NCBI RefSeq assembly: GCF_006345805.1 | Contig: NC_043001.1 | Location: forward strand, 95,418,001 to 95,482,000 | DNA: 64,000 nucleotides | Direction: 5' to 3' | Origin: Octopus sinensis | Taxonomy: Eukaryota | Translations under genes and position numbers: made by a program | Part shown: piece by piece, positions 53,743 through 64,000 of the stretch | Numbering within the stretch: position 1 is the first letter of the stretch | Layout: each line of letters starts with the position of its first letter | Notes under the pieces: generated by a model | The model's input: the letters and a program-made list of their open reading frames with translations, nothing else | Told to the model about the DNA's origin: nothing | The model's database searches: none

Positions 53743-53945
53743 TAATCCAAACATGAAAACACAAAGAGAAAACACAACAACGCGAGGACGTGGAACAAGT
53801 ATAGTATTATTGAACGCTCAGGAAAGAAAGAAAGAAGGAAGGTTTAACGTTTCGAGCGGCGTTCTTCCTCAGAAACATAGGAAAAGGAAAGATCCAAAGC
53901 AGGGAAGACGGAGGGAAAAAAATTGCGAACTGTACACACGCGGTC
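53738..53945 (-). mobile_element. P2 element
   Basis: Homologous to 11100-11297; TA-flanked; carries the ribozyme candidate below. Confidence 0.8.
53842..53876 (-). ncRNA. Candidate minimal type I hammerhead ribozyme with intact core
   Basis: GUUU-CUGAGGA-A-GAAC(GCC)GCUC-GAAACGU-U/AAAC: stem I GUUU:AAAC, stem II 3 of 4 pairs, palindromic loopless stem III ACGU. Activity untested. Confidence 0.6.
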
Positions 53946-54009
53946 ACAATGCGTACATATATAATGTGTGTGTGTTACACATGTAGCTTTTAATCATTCT
54001 CATTCACTT

Positions 54010-54790
54010 ACAGTTTTATTGAAGTGGTACCTTATATTTGTTTTCACATGCCTCTGTGTTTTGGAACACAATGGCCAGCAATTTGACCCCATATCTTTCT
54101 TTTGATTGCATTGGTTTCTGCATCAGGTGGCGTAATATTTGCCTCCACCTTGAAGATCTTGCGTCACACAGTTGTCGGTTCAACTTTCTATTTTTAATCG
54201 CTGAGTATATCCACCTGAAATATGTTTTAGCTTCGCCCTGTTCTGGCAACTGGAAAATCTTACCTGATAGCTTTGATCTTACTTCTGTGACGATTTCGTT
54301 TATAGGCCATGTGGTTACTTTATTGATTATATGAGGATGCCCGTACACCTGCGGTGGAAGAATACTTTCATTAGTAAATTGTTCCGCTGTTCTGTCATTG
54401 GGAAATATTTATTATACCGACATATATTTCTGCTTAGGTCAACGGTGTATGACAAGTTAGTGCCCATTCTTGGAATACGGAACGGCTTTGTGAATCGCAT
54501 GTTTGACGTCAGTTTCATTATTATCATTATTAATAATAATACTACCAGGTCGAATCTCTCTAATCTCTCGATATTTTGCTGATTGGTCTTTATAACCGTT
54601 GTTGTTCGGCAATCATTCATTGTAACGTTTATTGTTTCGCTTGTCTCCACAATAATTTTCGGAACAATCTTTCCAGGATTTTTTCCGATTCCTAATGTGA
54701 GCAGTTCTAGCTTTACGTAATTGTCGGAGTGCAGGGCAATGTCATTAGCAAACGCCATGCTTTTATGATTGCAGTTGATAGATCGGATAT
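54010..54790 (-). mobile_element. RTE-like LINE RT C-terminal fragment, degenerate
   Basis: AFANDIAL (xADD-like motif), NIERLERF, downstream YGH.. region. Confidence 0.55.
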
Positions 54791-55189
54791 GCGTTGAATT
54801 TTGTAATGTATTCTGTGTTTTATAAGATACATATCATAGGAATAATTTGTGCAGATGAAACGTTAATGCTGCAGCAAAACCATGTATATTAAAGGTCAAA
54901 AGATTTGGGGGCAGCAAATAAATATTATTTAGATATGCTGCTTCAAAATTGAGTATGAATATGCAGAACTGCATATATAGTTACTGTCCCAATACTAAAC
55001 ACTTTGTCTGAGAGTGAGAGAGAGAGAGTGAGAGAGATAGGAAGTGTGGGTGAGAGAGATAGAGAAAGATAAAAAGTGAGAGAGGATGAGGGGCAGAGTT
55101 TGAGTCTGCTCAGGATCAAACACTAACCACAAGCTCGATAAGGAGTGTGTAGCCCAGGGGAAAGAAATAAGTGTAGAAGGAAGTCAAGG

Positions 55190-55460
55190 GGCATGGCTCA
55201 GTTTTTAGAGCCTCGGACTGAGCTGTTGTGTGCTCTTGAGCAAGACTCAATATTTCACGTTGCTCTAGTTTACTCAGCTGTAGAAATGCGTCACGCAACG
55301 TCACTGGTGCTAAGTTATCAGCATTTGCCTTGGATAATATCGTTGACGTGGAGTGGGGAGACTGGTATCCATGGACGACCGCCTGATTTATTCGGATTTG
55401 TGCGTCGAAGGGGAACTTTGTAGGTGCAATCCCAAGATCAATCGTGACTGAACAAGTTCT
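55190..55460 (+). mobile_element. SINE family D
   Basis: Homology with 49760-50095. Confidence 0.65.
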
Positions 55461-55609
55461 AAATATAGAAGAAAGTTGGGAAGTGTTACGAGATAGATCA
55501 TGAATGCCTGTGAAATGCATGCGCAGAGAGAATATAAGACTCATTATGATAAATTATGCTTACATATCCACTGAAATCTATATTTTTAAACGCTGGGAAA
55601 TGGTAATAA

Positions 55610-55960
55610 CTCAAACCAGATGTCCTAGAAAAACCAGACTGTGAAACCCATGTGGGATTCTACAATCAAGAGAGTCGTCTTGAATACTGAAGTACAAGAT
55701 GCAGTAAAGAGGTGTTTTTTTCATCAGGGTAGCTCGCCCAAGAGATCAAAATATCAACAATATAGAAAACGAGAAAATTTAAAGCACGCAGATATGACGT
55801 CAGATTTTGAAAGAATGAGAAATATGAAAGACAAAATGGTAACATTTGGGATTGGAATACTTTGGTTATTGTCACGAAGCTCTGAGAAATACCTGGGCAC
55901 AATAGGATTCTGTACCACCATCATGCTATAAGAGAAGACACCATTTTGTGAAACAGTATA
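55610..55960 (+). mobile_element. R4-clade endonuclease-domain fragment, degenerate
   Basis: NQTVKPMWDSTI, KRCFF(I)..RPRDQNINNIENEKI, GIGILG resemble ENxxVKILWDF, KCFLIDxxxPxDxN, VIGALG of copies A-C. Confidence 0.55.
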
Positions 55961-56489
55961 TCCTGCGAAATGTGCAGTCTATCTCTGGTTAAATATTTGC
56001 TAGGGTGTCAAATACACGATTCAGTGTTAGCATATCATTACTGTGTAAATGAAGGAATAATAATATTTATTATTATAATCCTTCGAATGTGAACGGGAAT
56101 GAAGCTGCCATTTCCTAATAAAAATGCGCGTTGTTTATATTGAATTGTAGTTCTTTAAAGAAACAAATAGATTTATACCATATAGTAGCTTACTAAATGC
56201 AAAATTAACAATGTGCAAACATGAATAATGTCACTCAAGTAAATAGCTTATATTTGCTTACAACACAAACATTCTGAAATGAATATTTGCTGCACTTAAG
56301 AAAGAGAAGATTGTTCGAATATATGTACAAGCATATATTTAAAGCAATAAAAAGTGAATATCGTTCTTCATGTACGAGCATAATTATTTTCTTGTTCGCC
56401 TTCATATTCATAACTAAATATAGTTTCATATAATTACTTGTTATTATTCTAGTCTACTACATTTATTCTGAAACCTACATGCATATGTC

Positions 56490-56517
56490 TGTAGCAATCT
56501 ATCTCTCTATCTATCTA

Positions 56518-56565
<48 letters not shown>

Positions 56566-56701
56566 ATATATTTATATAGATAGATACATGCATAGATCCT
56601 TACATACATATACACATACATACATTGCGCGCACAAACATATAGATAACATTTATCGCCATCTTTCTTGCTCATTCTCTCAAATTCCTCTCTTTCTTCGT
56701 C

Positions 56702-56781
<80 letters not shown>

Positions 56782-57096
56782 CACATATATATATATATAT
56801 ATATACATACATATATATATATATATATGTACGTATGTATGTGTATATGTATACATATACGTGCGTGTGTGTGTGTGTATTTGTATATGTGCACACAGGC
56901 CTACATTCGTTTATATAATTAAAGAATTATTTATATACGAATGTATATTCATATATACTCTAACACACACACATAGATATGTATACATATATGCATATAT
57001 TTATGCACAATTTTATATCCATATACTTAGGTATATATGTAAGTATGAAAATATATAAACGTATACACACATATATATATATGTGTATATATATAC

Positions 57097-57127
<31 letters not shown>

Positions 57128-57522
57128 TATGTACATTTATATGTGTGAGTCTATGTGTGTGTCTATATCTGCATGTGCATATGTGCCTGTGAACAAAATA
57201 GCACTTGGTTGATTGATTGTAAAATGGTGTTGGTAGTGATTAATTAAATAATTGAAGAATTCTACATATGAAAGAGAGAAAAAGTGAAGGCTGTATCTTA
57301 TAATTACCTTTTTTCCTTAGTCTCACTTACATCCTTAATGAGTATGAAAAATATTGCAAATTTTTGTTTTCAATTTCAAAATTCTATGCTAGCAATAGAG
57401 ATAACTATTGACAGGTAGACATGCTCTCGTGTAATTGCTCTATTTCTGTATGTAAGTAAATATGTATGTATGCATGTATGTATGTATATATGTACATATA
57501 TATACATACATACATATATATA

Positions 57523-57592
<70 letters not shown>

Positions 57593-57656
57593 GTACGTAC
57601 ATGCATACATATAATATATATATATATATATATTTATATAATGTATACATATATAA

Positions 57657-57696
<40 letters not shown>

Positions 57697-57720
57697 GTGT
57701 ATATTGATAGATAGATATAT
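56490..57720. repeat. TA/TCTA/TG low-complexity field
   Basis: Direct reading. Confidence 0.92.
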
Positions 57721-58558
57721 AATTTATTAAATTATATCGACTGGCAGAAACACTTATACAACGCTTTTTTACATCCATAATTTCTTCAGAGTGCAGGCAT
57801 ATACAGTGATGGATTTATGTGGCTGTATACACACATGTACATTCATAACTCTCTCTCTCAAGCTCAGTCCCTATGTGCATTAGATACACCTAATTTGACG
57901 TATATATACATGGAATTATATACATATATATGTGTGTATATATATTTATATATATAGTAGAAATAAGTTACGAAAGGAAAATATAAAATGCACGTGGAAA
58001 TGTAAGGGTAAAATATGAAAAATCAACGACAATGCATATTGCAAATAGAAAAAAGGCTATTTATGACAGGTAACGGCAAATATATAGATTTAGATTGATT
58101 GAGGTAGTAATATGAGTCATAAAGGTCATTATTATGAGATGATTATAAGATGATAATAAAGTAAGAGAACAAAACGAACCAATGATTTACGCAAAGCTAT
58201 TCATCGTTTGATCAACACCGGTTAATACACGGTGTCAGGTCTAATAGTTCCTGAGAAAAAAGATATATATATATATATTCAAAGTATAAATGTACATGTT
58301 TGTGTATGCATGTGCGTTTGTGTGAGTGTGTGTCTGTAAATATCAAAGGGTGAAAGCGTAAGACTTAGTGAGTTTCATGGAGAAGATTTAAACGCCACCT
58401 TCAGGAACGATATTTGTTTTTTGGGGCAGAGGTTTGTCGATGTTTTCTTTCCCGAAACACGTGAAGCTGAAGGAAGGTTATTTTTTAAAGTTCACGGTTA
58501 GCAACTAGGGTTGCTGTATATGCGAAATATATAATGTTCTCTGGATTTTTTTTTCAAG

Positions 58559-58660
58559 CATATTCCTTTCTCCCCACTCTTTACGGAGCCTATCGAGCGA
58601 TACTGGCCGGTAGCTATCTATTCCTAGTCATACATAAAGCCCTTTCCTTCATCGGTAGAG
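58559..58660 (+). CDS. Candidate 102-nt exon (phase 1-1), xYSFLPTLYGAYRAILAGSYLFLVIHKALSFIGR; protein unidentified
   Basis: Acceptor GATTTTTTTTTCAAG, donor GAG|GTGAGT, length divisible by 3, one open frame, GC-richer than flanks. Confidence 0.45.
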
Positions 58661-60643
58661 GTGAGTAAGAATGGAAACAATTTCCTCACTCCCTGGGAAT
58701 GGTACAGTATAATTTTTCACCGCAATTGCGGTTCGAATTCACACCTTAAATATGCAGAACATTTCTTCAAGCAGCATTCTTTTTGCTGCCTTAAAAAACC
58801 ATTGAAAACGTGTATCTCCACTCGCTCCAATTTTTTTGCGCTCCAGTTTTGATGTCTATATATCTATCAAATATTTTTGTGTCCTCTCGTATCTTTTGAC
58901 GTAAGCCTGCGAAAATTAAATTTGCAATCTTCGTTAGGGCATATCTGGTCTTTATCAAATCCTACAGTAAGAAATAAACCGACTCACACGTTAAAATCAG
59001 CGTTATGAGTTGGATTGCTTGTCACGCAATTGGTATTTAAGAAAAATATATTGCTAATGAAGTGGTGGCGCTGGTGGATATGGCTGCCCTGTAAAAGGAG
59101 GAAGAGAAAAGGAAATATTGTTGAGCAGCAGAATGGTAGTTGCATTTTCAAATAATTCAAACAGGAAAAAAGAATTGGAGATTTAAAATTGTTGATTTAA
59201 AGCACATATGAAATTTTATAATTTTGGACTTGATAGCTGAAACCGTGCGCACGTAGTTCAAGGTGAGTGTAAAATAATTCTCCTACTGACTTCTATTTTC
59301 TAATTCTATTTTCGAACAGTAATGTATGACTACAAAAATATAATACTCAGTATTTAAATTCCGCCGATCATGTATGCGTGCGTGTGAATGTGTAGCGCGT
59401 TTCTATGAATTATCTATGGCACACCATCATTCTTTTTGTCTTGTTAAATGATATATGCTTGGAAATTGTTTGAGGATTATGCATATTTTAATACGTCGTT
59501 TAAATTGTTATAAACTAAAATGGTATCAATAAAAACACGAGGCGAGTATACAGAATCATGGAATACATTTACCTATATCTTATAATTACTAGATACATTA
59601 TTGATTGAGATAGCTCGTAACATAATCGAATAGAGTTGAATAATTTCCAGTGTTAAACAAAATCATATTTTACTACTAGTTCAGACTTTATATCAGATCA
59701 ATAACTAAGATGAGGCTAATTTTTGTATATATAAACCACTAAAACAAGTGACTGACTGCTGCTTGTCACGATAACAGCAACGTTATATATGATTCGATTA
59801 ATACCAATGATTCAAATTAATATGCAAATTCAATATTTGAATATGGCCTCATAATATTACGTAAAACATGGAGGAAAAGAAAATTAATAACCTGATTCAT
59901 CTATGCATGACTCTCAGACAATTCATTATTTTGACTGCACAGTGATCGATTAATCATCATTCTGCTTCAGGTTTGAGCAGAATAATATAGTTAATTATAT
60001 ATAGCATATGGTCTGTTAGAACCGAATTGTTCTTCCCTAGTCTGGAACAAGGTCATTGAAGTTTATGATTCCAGACTTTGTAAACACGAATTATTACTAC
60101 CGTAATGTGTAGTTGATAATGTGATTAAACTATTCTTTGTTTCTTTTTGTCTGGGAGCAACCCAAAATATTGTGTATTACTTGGTTAACTACATACATTT
60201 ATATCACTTTATTCGAAGATACTTTCTGATTTTGATAGAATTTTAACTTGTTCAAATAAAATGTGTTCTATATAATTTCAGTATATACACACAACGGCTG
60301 AGTATTTTTCGCCTCATTTGTATATCAGTGCAATCGCTGGAAATGTAAATAATTAAGAGAACGACTACAGGTGTTTCTGCAAATTAAGTTTGCGTGTTAA
60401 AATCTGTCCCTTATTCCGCTTGTAGAAATATTAAACCCTCAATATGCCAAAATATATTCTTCAAGGATTTTTGAGAAATGCTCTATTACATGATCAGGAA
60501 TTATTTTCTAAATATTTCTTAATTGATCTAACATCAAATATGATAAGATTAGTCTGTCCCAATTAGAATCCCTGCGCGATTGCTGAAAACTTGAAAATTT
60601 AATCTGTAGACGTACTACATTTCCCAGATATAAATTAAACATA

Positions 60644-61209
60644 TTGGGTTGCCCGGAAAGTTCGTGCCGATTTATAGTAGCTTACCTTTCGACTTATTTT
60701 AGAACATGGTTGAGTCCATAAAATAGCATTTGACTATACCTTCATTTAGAGCACAGTTTAAAATATCGTTTCGTGGAAGAGGGTTTATGTTCCTATAATC
60801 TGTGTTAATTTTGTAACTCTTTAAAATGGTAGATAAGAAAGTTAATTTTCGGCAATTGAGGATTTGGGAACCAGACAAAAATTGCAGCAGTTCGGCTGGG
60901 ATATGTTACCCCACTCTACATATTCACCAGATATTGCTCCATCGGATTTCCACTTATTCAGGTTTCTGGAGAATAGTCTTAATAGTAAAAATTTCAATTC
61001 CTTGGATGACGTAAAAAGATACATTGATGAATTCTTTGCCATGAAACCACTTCAGTTCTGGGAAGAGGGCGTTTTCAAGTTAAAGGAAAGATGGAGACGC
61101 ATTGTGCAACAAAATGGTTCTTAATTGGTTGATTAAAACTGTAATGGCAAGTATTTATTGACTTTTTTCTTTCCTTTCAATATCGGCACGAACTTTTCGG
61201 ACAACCCAA
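60644..61209 (+). mobile_element. Internally deleted mariner (566 bp) with both TIRs and TA TSD
   Basis: Left TIR TTGGGTTGCCCGGAAAGTTCGTGCCGAT, right ATCGGCACGAACTTTTCGGACAACCCAA, TA on both sides. MVDKKVNFR start is joined to the C-terminus ..HSTYSPDIAPSDFHLFRFL..KLKERWRRIVQQNGS. Confidence 0.95.
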
Positions 61210-62186
61210 TACATTGTTATTACAATGTCTAACCTCGTCTTTTATTTTATGTCCAGTAAACTTAGTTTGACCTGAGTAACTACAAATTTGTATTCGCGTT
61301 ATTTAGAACTGCTTTTCTTAATGATAGTTACGATCTTACAAAGACGACCAGATTACAGCTATTATTATAGAAAGCGTTTGTAAATTTTAAAATTGTATTA
61401 GAAATGTGAATAATAGATAGAAAGAGCGCCTATCATTAAGATATATAAAATTGCTAAATATCAACGCTGTATCTTAAATCTATTACTTATTTAGCTTCAC
61501 CGTGAAAAGTGGACACTATTATGTTCTACTTGCATCTTACATACCAAATTGAGAATAGCAACTATATTATAAACAATATAATTTATTCAGGAATAAGAAA
61601 CAGTTAGATTTCGCAAGTGTGGCAAGTTGAATCTGTATGAGAAGTTTGCTTCAATAATGAGTTTAAGTCAAACTTTAGAATATATAAATAGGAGTTTTTC
61701 TCTATGGACTGAGAAATTGAAATTGATTTGACAATATTTCAAGTGATTATATCATTTCATATCATTTTTATGACAAGGGAAACATGTATGAAATACCTAA
61801 TTATATTACGCTTTGTTAATATAACACTCATTGATATCCTTTGATTTACAAAATCATATATTTGCGCTGACAGTATACAATAAATCATAGAAAATTGTCA
61901 TCCGTGGTAGGAAACTTTAAAAAGTATTCTGAAGCACAGGCGCCAATTTGCCAGATATCCCCTCACACAATATTATGTAAAAATAGGATCTTTTCCGTTT
62001 GACTGCCAGCGTCAATTACAGCTCGAATTGAATTCATATTCAGCGCAGTGATACACTTTGATAGGCTAATGAATGCCATGAAAATTCCTTTCACTATACA
62101 TCAACAAATAATGAGTTATTAGCTATTAAAGCTTGGAAATTTTGGGTAAATTTAGCCAATTGAAAGCCACAGATACATTCATCCCT

Positions 62187-62200
62187 GTTTCCATAGTAAC
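62187..62200. promoter_or_regulatory. RFX X-box-like motif GTTTCCATAGTAAC
   Basis: Matches the GTTNCC-AT-RGYAAC pattern in non-repetitive sequence; function unproven. Confidence 0.3.
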
Positions 62201-63607
62201 AATCGGCACAGGAGAAATCTTTTGTCGGCAATAAAGCTTGTGTTCTCAAATATATCGAAACCGCTTGTTCTACTCTTTTAACCACCTGAAATTCCTTTTT
62301 TCACTTATCGATTGACAATTGAACATGTGAATTTATGAGGCGCAGGAGATATGAAAATTGTGATTCATTCGAGAAGTTGATTGAATGCATTTCTAACTTT
62401 TGTTTTCAATGAACTTGTTAAAAAAAATTTTGTTTTTTGTTTAAATATTTGATTTGAAATGTGTTATTTTGTTTTTTAGATAAACCTTTTAAGTTCGTGT
62501 CCTAAGTCTCTTATTTTGAAAAATATTTAATTTGTAATATGCTGTTTATCGTATAAACTACATATTTAATACTTCAAAGTACAAAAGATCTGTTGTTTAC
62601 TAGTTTCTTTTTGTCACCAAAGTGTGCTAAAAATAACAGCTAAATAACGTTTTTCGATTAATCTCTTAAGTTGGTGCTATCGCATTAAATGGATATTGAT
62701 TGTTTCAAACGATTCAAAACGTGTTGTCGACTAGTTTTCCGCGTATAGAATATAAATATTGACAACACCTGCTATTTTTAAGATACTCACAAATTGTGCA
62801 GTCACGCACAAAATAATAGTTTCCACATCTTGTTTCCGGACAGGGCGAAAATGATCAAACTTTAAACTGCTATAACTATTTTGAAGAAATTTTCTGAAGA
62901 AAGTCAAAGAACGCCAGCAATTCAGCCTCGAAAACTGCATTAAGGTGCCAAATTATAAAATTTATAAACGAATTTAAATTTTGAAATGCTGGCAGATCAA
63001 CGGAAAGGATCCCCAAAATGTAGTGGAGAAAACAACATTTTCTACCTTCGAACATATATACAACTAAATTTTAATACTTTGAGATTATCACTAGATACGT
63101 TCATTTAACTGAATCACTCTTGACGAACTGTACAAATAATACGGTCTCATGACATTCACATTCGGACGCAGCGGGGTTTTACAAAAAATTCTAAGCCTCA
63201 ACTCGTGATTGTGTTCGAGCAATACAATCATATCCTAAACGGATATTAATTTCTGCCATGTTCTCTATATCAAACTAGAGAATGTTCGCACTCCAGTGGC
63301 AGCATATTCTATAATACTATATTACAGATCGAGAACATAGAATATGTGGAAGCTCATAGCACTCTATAACATGGAAAAAACACCGAATGAACAAAGTTGG
63401 CCTTTCTGTATTTGCATAAAAATAACACAAGCAGCCAACGTGAGTAACTTAATGAATAACAAACTCGTACACGTTTTGAAATATTGAAATAAAAGAAAGC
63501 ATGCACCTCGAAGCTCATAGCAAAAGCAAACTAATGAATTTAAACCTGATTGTTCTTATAATTTTTTTGTGTCTGTACCGAAACACTGTTTGTATCAGTG
63601 CTTCCAG

Positions 63608-63646
63608 ATCAATTTTCTGACTACTGACAGAACTCAAGGCTACTTG
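63608..63646 (+). CDS. Candidate 39-nt exon (phase 0-0), INFLTTDRTQGYL
   Basis: GTGCTTCCAG acceptor, TTG|GTAAGT donor, one open frame; could be chance. Confidence 0.25.
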
Positions 63647-64000
63647 GTAAGTATAAATAAAAGAAAGAATTTTAAATTCAATTGACCTAAATTTCAAATA
63701 TAGCTCAAGAGCTGAAAATATAATTCACCTATATGAGCAGTACAGAACATTGCGATTAGTGTTCTAATTTAAACTGATGAGCATGTGCTATCTCAGAATA
63801 TAGGTTTATAGCAGGCAGAGAATATATGTATATAATTTTGTTACAATTCTATTCTGATCGCGCTAGCCGGCCTAAACAAGTAAGCCATACTTAACGCTTC
63901 GTTAGCGATCAGTTCCTCATTAACAAAGTATGTTTTCATGAAGACAAAGTAAAGGGAATTTGTCTATCCGCCACAAAAAGAAAAAAAATATATAAGTGAG

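Noticed and set aside
62094-62285. 63-aa minus-strand ORF with a Cys cluster
   Set aside because: Purine-rich weak acceptor, no clear donor, no recognisable domain.

Overview
AT-rich eukaryotic (animal) genomic DNA. The SINE families, huge TA/CA/GATA/triplet microsatellites and LINE types suggest an octopus (coleoid cephalopod); this is inferred from repeat content, not proven. There is no intact long host CDS, rRNA, true tRNA or CRISPR array, and most ORF-track entries are microsatellite translations. Content: (i) four same-strand R4/Dong-clade (restriction-like endonuclease) LINE fragments stacked at 1.6-7.9 kb and separated by TAA-type repeats, plus two more fragments; (ii) L1/Tx1-like pieces: a probable ORF1/5'UTR at the left edge and three 3' ends; (iii) a decayed Penelope-like element (RT + GIY-YIG); (iv) two RTE fragments, three mariner relics, a hAT MITE and many tRNA-derived SINEs; (v) a few candidate micro-exons. 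Best leads: (1) short TA-embedded Penelope-terminal-repeat-like elements carrying minimal hammerhead motifs with covarying stem I and palindromic stem III, including a tandem hetero-pair at 53.5-53.9 kb that could excise a ~227-nt RNA; (2) a 32-nt candidate exon that base-pairs with its downstream intron like an ADAR editing substrate; (3) two long near-perfect palindromes. All calls were made by eye. Repeat boundaries are approximate (about +/-20 bp) unless termini are stated.
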